Below, piece by piece: positions 46,541 through 54,879 of a DNA stretch of 64,000 nt; the first letter of the stretch is position 1; every line of letters starts with the position of its first letter. The DNA is from Pseudomonadota bacterium (lineage in GTDB: Bacteria > Pseudomonadota > Alphaproteobacteria > Rickettsiales > RGZB01). The notes beneath the pieces are model-generated. The model was not told the DNA's origin and did no database searches. It was given only the letters and a program-made list of their open reading frames with translations. A program made the translations under genes and the position numbers. The stretch covers positions 86,411 to 150,410 of the forward strand of contig RGZB01000001.1 of NCBI GenBank assembly GCA_010031735.1, given 5' to 3'.

Positions 46541-47575
46541 TCAGCCGAAGGTCGTAGGCATCGATGCAAAGCCAGGCTCTTTGGACATGGCCGCGAGCTT
46601 CTCTCGGAAGTCTGCGTCATCGCCCAGTGCTATTTTGTAAGAAAGGGCGCATGCTAACAGTTCATCGACACTGCTGAACACCAATTGGCCGTTCTTGTTT
46701 GCTTTTGGATCAGGATTACTATCCTGACGGTATTTTGTATTTTTTACCGAATCTGCCCACTCTGCAAGTTCATCGGTAAATCCTTCGCGGATAAGTCCAC
46801 GACGAATCGCTTCTGGACTCAGGAAATCCGCCACCTCAAGGTGTGGAAAATATACGTTATAGATAGTTTTCACCAGATTGCCCGCATCTGTCTCCTGATA
46901 GATTGCAGAGTTCTTATCACCCAGTCGTAACAGGAATTCCTGTTCAGCCGCACGAATGACCATATGAAGAAGAATATTTCCCCAATCTTCTCCATATATA
47001 TCCTCTAGAATGTCTTTGATGAATCGGTTGTCACCCGCCACTTTAAATTCACCCCGAATGGAGGCAGCTATAGAACGACTGCGCTTCGTCTCTTCTTCTT
47101 CGATCGTGAGTGCAGAGAGTGTAAAGACGTTCTGCGTATGTAATTTACATCCATGGAACCGCTCTGCTGTTGCGATCTTCCGTGCGGCATAGACGAATTG
47201 GTTGAAGAGTGCGGCCGCTTCGTCGTCCACTTCTTTTTCATCGATAATGGGGGCTTCTTCAGTGCCCCCAGGTTTAGCTCGAAGCGAACGTTTCGCTTCC
47301 TCTAATTTCTTGTGTCTCAAATATTCCTGGAATCTCTCGTATACGATGGTCTCTTCCGCCAGTGCGGCATACATCCGCACGATATCACAGAAGGTATGTC
47401 CACTCACACGCTTGGATTTAAGATCATCACCATACATCTCTTTCGATTCCCGGAGCACATCCTCCGGAAGACGTTCGAGCGCATTCGCTATCAGTCTGTC
47501 GTCATCCGTCATGAAGCGGATATTCACAAAATTCTTGAGTAGATGGGCGGCGGCTGCTGCTGCAAGAATTGCCAT
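46541..47575 (-). CDS. hypothetical protein (344 aa), paralog of 47585-48502
   Basis: Shared N-terminal block ..YGDDLK..V..HTF.D.VRMYA.L.. with the upstream gene. Confidence 0.65.
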   Translation of the reverse strand: MAILAAAAAAHLLKNFVNIRFMTDDDRLIANALERLPEDVLRESKEMYGDDLKSKRVSGHTFCDIVRMYAALAEETIVYERFQEYLRHKKLEEAKRSLRAKPGGTEEAPIIDEKEVDDEAAALFNQFVYAARKIATAERFHGCKLHTQNVFTLSALTIEEEETKRSRSIAASIRGEFKVAGDNRFIKDILEDIYGEDWGNILLHMVIRAAEQEFLLRLGDKNSAIYQETDAGNLVKTIYNVYFPHLEVADFLSPEAIRRGLIREGFTDELAEWADSVKNTKYRQDSNPDPKANKNGQLVFSSVDELLACALSYKIALGDDADFREKLAAMSKEPGFASMPTTFG

Positions 47576-47584
47576 ATTGTGCCC

Positions 47585-48502
47585 TTACCGTAGCCTTATG
47601 CTGGCAGCACGCGCTAATATCGCCGCATGGTTCTCTGCATCTGCATTGAATGCGATTGCAGCCTTGATCAGGTTATCGAGTTTTGGGAACTTCTCTCGGC
47701 CGTCTTCCGTGGTTAATTGTTTTTTCATTGTTTTCCATGCCGCAAGAAGGCCTTCATGATTTTCTTCGACGTAGGATCTAATGCCCCCCACGGTAGAAGC
47801 ATATTCAACTGGAATTTGCGAAATATATGCGCACATATCTACAAGGACGTTCTGTGTTTTTGAGTCGACTTCTATACCCGCAAGTTCATATTGCTGTTCT
47901 TGTTTTGCTACGCGATTCACCAGACGAAGCAACATTTTCTTTACGTTGTTGGTGCCATCGAAAATATCATTAAGTACAGTCTTCATTGCAGGATTGCGCT
48001 GGCAGTCCCGGGTGCCGGTGAATTCGATATAAAGCAGATCGATAAGCGGCACATCGCATCGTGTTGATTGCTGATAAACCGTTGCAGTACTAAGCATCAC
48101 GGTATCGCCTGCCAGATCCACATCTTCGAATTTTTTGGATTTGGCAACTTCGCGTGCAGCGAATGAAAAGGCGTTGAATTTCTGACGCGCTTCCTCTAAT
48201 GCCTCCGCTTTGTCACCTTTCACAGGCAAACGGCGCTCCTCGTAAGCCACGAATTTCCTGAATATATCGGAGTTATCTATCCTGAGTTCCGCATACATCC
48301 TGACATAGTCAGCGAATGTATGGTTTTCGTATACACGTTTCAAGTCATCGCCGTAACGTGCACGGACCTCACGTAGAAGTTCTGGCCTCTCAAGCCCTAG
48401 GAATTTAATAGCAGCATCGTTGATTGCATCATCGCTGGCTGCTTTGATATTTAGCCTATCCGCTAGAATATTAGAGGCAGTCGCAGCAGGTAGTTTCGCC
48501 AT
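47585..48502 (-). CDS. hypothetical protein (305 aa), paralog of 46541-47575
   Basis: ARYGDDLKRVYENHTFADYVRMYAEL versus EMYGDDLKSKRVSGHTFCDIVRMYAAL. First gene of a 3-gene minus-strand operon. Confidence 0.65.
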   Translation of the reverse strand: MAKLPAATASNILADRLNIKAASDDAINDAAIKFLGLERPELLREVRARYGDDLKRVYENHTFADYVRMYAELRIDNSDIFRKFVAYEERRLPVKGDKAEALEEARQKFNAFSFAAREVAKSKKFEDVDLAGDTVMLSTATVYQQSTRCDVPLIDLLYIEFTGTRDCQRNPAMKTVLNDIFDGTNNVKKMLLRLVNRVAKQEQQYELAGIEVDSKTQNVLVDMCAYISQIPVEYASTVGGIRSYVEENHEGLLAAWKTMKKQLTTEDGREKFPKLDNLIKAAIAFNADAENHAAILARAASIRLR

Positions 48503-48561
48503 AACCCTTCCCCTCTCTCCAAGACGTATTAATTAAAGATGAATCTTCTTACTTATGGTAT

Positions 48562-48594
48562 ATAGTACTGCGCAATCCTTAAATTTTCGTTAAC
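48562..48594 (-). promoter_or_regulatory. putative promoter of the 305/344/J-domain operon with TTAA-N7-TTAAC box
   Basis: The plus strand reads TTAAattttcgTTAAC (48579-48594). Gene-sense TTAACG-N20-TACTAT. Confidence 0.45.
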
Positions 48595-48600
48595 TGCATT

Positions 48601-49314
48601 ATGCCCGCTTATTTGCTAACCCCTTCATTCTTCGAGCGTTGGTCGAACCGTTTGTTCTGGCCACTGGCGGTGCTGGGGATATTCCTTTGCATCAGCGGGC
48701 TCTATTACGGCTTGATTGCCTCCCCCCCGGACTATCAGCAGGGCGAGACCGTCCGTATCATGTACATCCATGTCCCCTCGGCCTGGATGGCGCTGATGAT
48801 CTACACGATCATAGCCTTTGCAGGGGCTTTTTACCTGATCTGGCGCAACCCCATGTTACCGGTTCTCGCGAACGCCGCGGCCCCGATCGGAGCGGTTTTT
48901 ACCCTGATGACGCTTATTACAGGCTCGATTTGGGGCAAACCCACCTGGGGCACGTGGTGGCAATGGGATGCCCGTATGACCTCCGTGCTCATCCTGTTCT
49001 TCCTCTATATAGGCTACATCGCCCTGACCCATGCTTTTGAAAGTGAAGAGCGTGCCGCCTTCTCCGCCGCATGGCTTTCGATCATCGGATTCATCAATAT
49101 CCCTATCATCAAGTTCTCGGTAGAGTGGTGGAACACACTTCATCAACCGGCCAGCATCAGTAGACTTGGCAGTCCAGCCATTGATTCTTCGATGTTAATC
49201 CCGCTTTTCCTGATGTACGGCGCATGGCTCTGTTACTTCGGGGCGGTGCTCATTCTACGCATGAAAATGGCGGTTTACCGCCGAAAAATGCGTCGCCGCA
49301 ATCCAGCTGGCTGA
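48601..49314 (+). CDS. ccmC: heme exporter protein C (cytochrome c maturation)
   Basis: WGKPTWGTWWQWDARMTS tryptophan-rich WWD motif, 237 aa. Confidence 0.9.
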   Translation: MPAYLLTPSFFERWSNRLFWPLAVLGIFLCISGLYYGLIASPPDYQQGETVRIMYIHVPSAWMALMIYTIIAFAGAFYLIWRNPMLPVLANAAAPIGAVFTLMTLITGSIWGKPTWGTWWQWDARMTSVLILFFLYIGYIALTHAFESEERAAFSAAWLSIIGFINIPIIKFSVEWWNTLHQPASISRLGSPAIDSSMLIPLFLMYGAWLCYFGAVLILRMKMAVYRRKMRRRNPAG

Positions 49315-49397
49315 TTTCGCTCAGCATTTCGTATAAATATCCTTTACTTTACACTTGTTTTTTGAGTATATAGTCGTCCGTTCCAACTGGAGTGTTT

Positions 49398-49733
49398 ATG
49401 GCGTTCGTCGTTACCGATAAATGTATCAAATGTAAGTACCAGGACTGCGTGGAAGTATGCCCCGTGGATTGCTTCTACGAAGGCGAGAACATGCTGGTCA
49501 TCAATCCCGACGAATGTATTGATTGCGGCGTATGTGAGCCGGAATGCCCCGCAAAGGCGATCGAGCCGGAAAACGCGGATAACGCAAAATGGCTCGAGAT
49601 GAACCGTGAATACGCCCAGAAGTGGCCGAACATCACCGTAAACGGCGGTGGTTTACCCGATGCCGATAAGTACAAAGACGAAACCGGCAAATTTGAGAAG
49701 TACTTCTCCCCGACCCCCGGAAAAGGCACGTAA
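49398..49733 (+). CDS. fdxA: 7Fe ferredoxin FdxA
   Basis: [18 protein letters not shown] and [12 protein letters not shown] cluster motifs. ATG with GGAG SD (the ORF-track GTG is 6 nt upstream). Confidence 0.9.
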   Translation: MAFVVTDKCIKCKYQDCVEVCPVDCFYEGENMLVINPDECIDCGVCEPECPAKAIEPENADNAKWLEMNREYAQKWPNITVNGGGLPDADKYKDETGKFEKYFSPTPGKGT

Positions 49734-49918
49734 GATCATAGCGTTAAACGCTACAATTTTACTAAAATTTTAGGGTTATTTTTTCTTTATTTTGCTCAAT
49801 TTTTGTGGTATATAATAGAGTGTGAGCGCCGATCTTAGCACTCGTCGCCTCACGACCAACTAAGCGATTTTCTATCGACTCATTTTTAATTCTATAATCC
49901 ATAAGAGGACCCCATCGT

Positions 49919-50434
49919 ATGGCAGAAATTAAATTAAAGCAGAATGATAAAGTTGTGTACCCCACCCACGGTGTTGGCACCGTCGTTGGTATTGAAGCGC
50001 AAGCGATCGCAGGCACGGAAGTAAAGCTCGTCGCAGTGATGTTCGAAAAAGATAAAATGACGCTTCGCATTCCGCTTATCCGCGCTGAACAATCGGGCTT
50101 ACGCAAGCTCTCCAGCCAGTCTGAACTCGATAAAGTTCGCTCAACGCTGAAAGGCCGCGCTAAAACCAGCCGTGGCATGTGGAGCCGTCGTGCGAAAGAA
50201 TACGAATCAAAAATCAACTCTGGCAACATCGTCTCTCTGGCGGAAGTCGTGCGCGACCTCCACAAGAACGTCGACGATCCGGATCGTTCGTACAGCGAAC
50301 GTGTGATCTACGAAAACGCACTGAACCGCCTTGCTGGCGAATTCGCTGCAGTCGAGAATATCGATCTGATCCAAGCTACCACGAAACTGGTGAAAACCAT
50401 GAAAGTGACTGGCTCTGTAGCAGCTGCTGCATAA
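49919..50434 (+). CDS. carD: CarD-family transcriptional regulator
   Basis: VVYPTHGVGTVVGIE Tudor-like N-terminal domain, 171 aa. Confidence 0.9.
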   Translation: MAEIKLKQNDKVVYPTHGVGTVVGIEAQAIAGTEVKLVAVMFEKDKMTLRIPLIRAEQSGLRKLSSQSELDKVRSTLKGRAKTSRGMWSRRAKEYESKINSGNIVSLAEVVRDLHKNVDDPDRSYSERVIYENALNRLAGEFAAVENIDLIQATTKLVKTMKVTGSVAAAA

Positions 50435-50465
50435 GAACAGATACTACTCCTTTTTATAAAGGCGG

Positions 50466-50495
50466 CCTTCACTGGCCGCCTTTATTTTTTTGAAT
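50466..50495 (+). terminator. intrinsic terminator of carD
   Basis: ATAAAGGCGGCC-ttcact-GGCCGCCTTTAT + TTTTTTT. Confidence 0.85.
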
Positions 50496-50519
50496 CTTAT
50501 TTTCTGAGCTTAAAAAGCC

Positions 50520-50555
50520 GAAGCCCGACGCCCCCTCGTGGGTGCGCCGGGCTTC
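50520..50555 (-). terminator. intrinsic terminator of cassette C9
   Basis: Gene-sense GAAGCCCGgCG..CGtCGGGCTTC + GGCTTTTTAAG, 8 nt after the stop codon. Confidence 0.7.
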
Positions 50556-50563
50556 AAGACTTT

Positions 50564-50872
50564 TTACTCGAGGTCAGAGCCCTCGAGCTCCGGAGTCGTC
50601 CGGAATTTGATCTTCTTGCCGCCGATCACGATCTTGAACTCGTCGCGCGTTACGGTGACTACTTGCGTCACCTCATCAGCCCACGCGACCGACTCCATCT
50701 CGTTGCCATCGACGAGCATCACGACCTCTTTGTTCTTGGTCGTGATGAAAAACTTGGTTTTCGGGTTCTCCCAGAACTGGGATGGGCGGATATGAACTTT
50801 CTTACCCTGTTTGCCCCGCCCCTTGACATCATCACCTTCGATGATGATGCCGTCGGGAAGTTCGATTCGCAT
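50564..50872 (-). CDS. hypothetical small protein, cassette C9
   Basis: 102 aa. Strong SD AAGGAGGG. Codons mostly G/C-ending but less extreme than C1-C7. Confidence 0.7.
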   Translation of the reverse strand: MRIELPDGIIIEGDDVKGRGKQGKKVHIRPSQFWENPKTKFFITTKNKEVVMLVDGNEMESVAWADEVTQVVTVTRDEFKIVIGGKKIKFRTTPELEGSDLE

Positions 50873-51168
50873 CGCCCTTCCCTCCTTTCATACTGTCAGG
50901 CCTTAGTCTCGTGGCCTATAACTCTCCGTGAGTTATAAGCGGGCGGTGGCTGATTTTGCCGGATGTTTGCCCTTTTCACGAAAAGTACCTAACATACTGA
51001 ATATACCGTCTAATTATGAACCTCGTGTGACACGATATAATAGCCTGATAAATATAGGATATTTACAGCAGATGTCCTAGGCTCCACTAAACTTCCAGCA
51101 CACAAGCCTTCCTTTTGACAGAGGCATTTTTTTGGTGCATAACAACCCAACTTTCAAAGGAAAAAGAC

Positions 51169-51771
51169 ATGCTCACTCAAGACGAAGCCTTAAAAGAATT
51201 CGAAGCAGCCAGCGCGATCCTACGCGGCCATTTTGTCCTCACCTCCGGTCTGCACTCCGACACCTACCTCCAATGTGCGCGGGTAATGATGGATCCGAAA
51301 CGCGGCGAACGTCTATGCAAAGGCATCGCAGACCGCCTCTCCAAATCCCCGATCATGAGCAAGATCGATATGGTCGTCTCTCCCGCAATGGGCGGTGTGA
51401 TCGTCGGCTACGAAGTCGCGCGTCAGCTGGGTAAACAATCGATCTTCTGTGAGCGAGTGGATGGTGCTTTCACCGTACGCCGCGGTTTCACGTTCGAACC
51501 AGGCACACGTTTTCTGATGGTAGAAGATGTGGTGACCACGGGTAAATCCTCCAACGAGACGATCGACTGCATCGAGCAACGTGGCGGTAAAGTCATCGGC
51601 GCGGCATGTTTGATCAATCGTAGCGGCGGCAACCCACTCAATGTCCCGCTCGTATCGCTGATCGAACTCGACATCCAAACCTACACGGAAGAACAACTGC
51701 CGTTCGAACTCGCGAAGATTCCGGCAGAGAAACCGGGCAGCCGATTCCTGAAGCAGGCTTCGGGTCAGTAA
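51169..51771 (+). CDS. pyrE: orotate phosphoribosyltransferase
   Basis: FLMVEDVVTTGKS PRPP-binding motif. Start at MLTQDEALKEF. Confidence 0.9.
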   Translation: MLTQDEALKEFEAASAILRGHFVLTSGLHSDTYLQCARVMMDPKRGERLCKGIADRLSKSPIMSKIDMVVSPAMGGVIVGYEVARQLGKQSIFCERVDGAFTVRRGFTFEPGTRFLMVEDVVTTGKSSNETIDCIEQRGGKVIGAACLINRSGGNPLNVPLVSLIELDIQTYTEEQLPFELAKIPAEKPGSRFLKQASGQ

Positions 51772-51777
51772 TATTTC

Positions 51778-52488
51778 TTATTTAATGGATAAGAGGATAT
51801 CTTTAGCGGCTTCGCGCGGGTTCACCGCTTCGGTGATCGGGCGGCCGACGACGATATAATCGGCACCCAGTTCCACCGCTTCTTTCGGCGTCATGGTGCG
51901 CTTCTGGTCTTTCTTCTCGCTGCCGGCCGGGCGAATGCCGGGTACCACGAGTTTCAGCTTGCTGCCGAATTCTTTCTTGATCGTCGTGATTTCATGGGGC
52001 GAGCACACGATACCATCGATGCCGGATTTCGCTGCGATCTCTGCAAGCTTCAGCGCTTGATCGCTCACTTTGCGATTGATACCCATCGAGTCGAGATCGC
52101 TTTGCTCTAAACTCGTCAGCACCGTCACACCAAGAAGCAGCGGTTTTACGCCCGCCTTCTTCTTCGCTTCGTTCCGCGCGTTTACGGCTGCTTCCAACAT
52201 CGCCGCACCACCACTCGTATGCACGGTCATCATGAACACACCGGTCTCGCATGCCGCTTTCACCGCACCATGCACCGTATTTGGGATATCATGGAATTTG
52301 AGGTCGAGGAACACCGGGATGCCTTTATTCGCGATCTGGCGAACCGCGGGTGCACCTTGTGAGGTAAAGAACTCCAACCCCAGTTTGAAGACGCTGACCG
52401 TATCCTTCAAGGAATCGGTCAGCTTCTCCGCATGTGAGAGATCGTGCGTATCAATTGCACAGATGATCGGGTTGTGTTGCAGCGGCAC
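51778..52488 (-). CDS. pyrF: orotidine 5'-phosphate decarboxylase
   Basis: FLDLKFHDIPNTV and DYIVVGRPI motifs. Confidence 0.9.
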   Translation of the reverse strand: MPLQHNPIICAIDTHDLSHAEKLTDSLKDTVSVFKLGLEFFTSQGAPAVRQIANKGIPVFLDLKFHDIPNTVHGAVKAACETGVFMMTVHTSGGAAMLEAAVNARNEAKKKAGVKPLLLGVTVLTSLEQSDLDSMGINRKVSDQALKLAEIAAKSGIDGIVCSPHEITTIKKEFGSKLKLVVPGIRPAGSEKKDQKRTMTPKEAVELGADYIVVGRPITEAVNPREAAKDILLSIK

Positions 52489-52494
52489 GAACGA

Positions 52495-53904
52495 TTAGAC
52501 GCTGTAGTAGTTGAGGTATTCGATCGGATGCGGGGTATGCTCGCAATCGTACACTTCTTTCATCTTCAGTTCGATATAAGCATCGATCAGGTCGTCCGTG
52601 AACACGTCGCCTTTTTTAAGGAACGCGCGGTCAGCAGAGAGGTTCTCGAGTGCTTCACGCAGTGAGCCGCATACCTGGCTGATACCTTTGCGTTCTTTTG
52701 CCGGCAGATCGTACAGGTTCTTGTCCATCGCTTCACCCGGGTGGATTTTCTTCTCGATACCATCGAGGCCCGCCATGAGCATCGCAGCGAATGCGAAGTA
52801 TGGGTTCGCCGTCGGATCCGGGAAGCGCACTTCGATACGTTTGGCTTTCGGGCCTGCCACGTACGGGATGCGGATCGAAGCCGAACGGTTACGGGAAGAG
52901 TATGCCAGCATCACTGGCGCTTCAAAACCTGGGATCAGGCGTTTGTAGCTGTTGGTGGAAGCGTTCGTGAACGCGTTCAGTGCTTTTGCGTGTTTGATGA
53001 TACCGCCGATGTAGAACAGCGCGGTCTCAGACAGATCGGCATAACCATTGCCCGCGAAGAGCGGCTTGGTGCCTTTCCAGATGGACTGGTGCACGTGCAT
53101 GCCCGAGCCGTTATCGCCCAGGATCGGCTTCGGCATGAAGGTCGCCGATTTGCCGTACGCATGTGCCACGTTGTGCACGACATATTTATATTTCTGCACG
53201 TTGTCAGCGGTGCCGACGAGCGTACCGAAATCGAAGCCAAGCTCATGCTGTGCCGGTGCGACTTCGTGGTGGTGGATGCGCGGACGAAGGCCCACTTGTT
53301 GCAGCACGGTCAGCATCTCCGCACGCAGGTCATTGCCGGAGTCAACCGGTTGTACCGGGAAGTAACCACCTTTGACGCGCGGACGGTGGCCATGGTTGCC
53401 CATTTCATATTCGCGGCCGGAGTTTTTCGGCGATTCTTCAGAATCGAGTTCCACGACAGAACCGTTCATGTGTACATCGAAGCGCACGTTATCGAATACG
53501 AAGAATTCCAGTTCCGGGCCGAAGAATGCTTTATCACCGATGCCGGTGTATTGCAGGTATGCTTCTGCACGTTTCGCGGTCGAGCGCGGGTCACGGGCAT
53601 AACCTTGGCCGGTGTTCGGTTCGATCACATCGCAGAATACCACCAGGGTCGGTTGCGCGGTGAACGGGTCGAGGAAGGCAGAGCCAAGATCCGGTTGCAG
53701 GATCATGTCGGATTCATTGATGTCTTTCCAGCCGGAGATCGAAGAACCATCGAACATGATGCCTTCGGAGAGGAGACCTTCATCCACATATTCGGCCATC
53801 TGCGTCGTATGCTGCCATTTACCTTTGGTATCGGTAAAACGGAAATCGATGAATTTTACATCGTGTTGTTTGATCAGATCGAAGATTTTCTTGGCGTCGG
53901 ACAT
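52495..53904 (-). CDS. glnA: glutamine synthetase type I
   Basis: 469 aa from the ATG at 53904 (AGGGA SD). GSGMHVHQS motif. Adenylylation-loop region NLYDLP. Confidence 0.95.
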   Translation of the reverse strand: MSDAKKIFDLIKQHDVKFIDFRFTDTKGKWQHTTQMAEYVDEGLLSEGIMFDGSSISGWKDINESDMILQPDLGSAFLDPFTAQPTLVVFCDVIEPNTGQGYARDPRSTAKRAEAYLQYTGIGDKAFFGPELEFFVFDNVRFDVHMNGSVVELDSEESPKNSGREYEMGNHGHRPRVKGGYFPVQPVDSGNDLRAEMLTVLQQVGLRPRIHHHEVAPAQHELGFDFGTLVGTADNVQKYKYVVHNVAHAYGKSATFMPKPILGDNGSGMHVHQSIWKGTKPLFAGNGYADLSETALFYIGGIIKHAKALNAFTNASTNSYKRLIPGFEAPVMLAYSSRNRSASIRIPYVAGPKAKRIEVRFPDPTANPYFAFAAMLMAGLDGIEKKIHPGEAMDKNLYDLPAKERKGISQVCGSLREALENLSADRAFLKKGDVFTDDLIDAYIELKMKEVYDCEHTPHPIEYLNYYSV

Positions 53905-54052
53905 AGTTTCCCTGTCAAAATGGTGGTTGGCGCTTTTCACCGCTGTACGGCTCGGGACTACTTCCTAACGAATCTCTGTCCAAAAATAAAGTGAAATGTT
54001 TGTTTTCCGCGAGACTTTCTCTCTATCCGGCCAGGCATATACCCCCAAACGA

Positions 54053-54080
54053 AAAACGGCGGGTCAAAGCCCGCCGTTTT
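54053..54080 (-). terminator. intrinsic terminator of the phasin gene
   Basis: AAAACGGCGGG-tcaaag-CCCGCCGTTTT. Confidence 0.8.
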
Positions 54081-54104
54081 CGATTACTTCAGCTTATCCG
54101 CCGA

Positions 54105-54770
54105 TTATTTTTTGAGGTCTGCCGTGAAAGCATCCGCAACCTTCTCAGAGGCTTCGGAGATGCTACGGTTGATCGGCTCAGCGGCTTTCGCGAAATCAAC
54201 GCAGTATTGCGCGATGTTCGAGAAGCGGTTGATACCTTGGTCGAGGCTGTTTTTCAGGAAATCGCTTTGCAGTTGGAAAAAGTCGCTTGCCGTTTTGCAG
54301 CTGAGGAATTTTTCAAATGCCTTGAATTGTTCGGAGAGGATCGTGTTCGAGAATTCGCTGATCTCGTTGCCGATCGATTGTGCCACTTCCGCCGCGATGT
54401 CTGCGGATTCTTGCGCAGCATCAGATTGGATACGGCTGATTTCAGCCCATTCGCCACTGTTGCCGAGAGCAGAAGCAGCGGTGTTGAAGAATGCCTCTAC
54501 CGCTGCGCGGCCTTGTTCGAACGCGTTGTTCTGTGCTTGTTCGATATGGCTTACATCACCCCAGACAGCGCTGGTGGTGAAAGCGGTTTTTTGCGCTTTC
54601 TCTTCATATTCGCTGATTTTCGCTTGTTTGGAGGGAGTCGAAGGACCGTCTATTGCGGTGATGCTTGCTTTCAAAGCTGCTTCACGGACTGCGGAAGAAG
54701 ATTTCGCGCCGTCTTTATTTCTAGCCTGAGTTGCATTCTTTCTAGCTTCTTGATTCATAAACCTCTCCAT
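54105..54770 (-). CDS. phasin-family (PHA granule-associated) protein
   Basis: Ala/Glu/Gln-rich helical protein. ..KTASDFFQLQSDFLKNSLDQ.. resembles the phasin_2 core. Confidence 0.7.
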   Translation of the reverse strand: MERFMNQEARKNATQARNKDGAKSSSAVREAALKASITAIDGPSTPSKQAKISEYEEKAQKTAFTTSAVWGDVSHIEQAQNNAFEQGRAAVEAFFNTAASALGNSGEWAEISRIQSDAAQESADIAAEVAQSIGNEISEFSNTILSEQFKAFEKFLSCKTASDFFQLQSDFLKNSLDQGINRFSNIAQYCVDFAKAAEPINRSISEASEKVADAFTADLKK

Positions 54771-54879
54771 GATACATCGAAAAAAATCTGTGCACGCTTA
54801 TACCACTAGTTACACCAGTTTGCAAGGCAATTACCGGACATTTTTAAGAGTTTATGACTTACTTATGTCAAAAGCCCAG

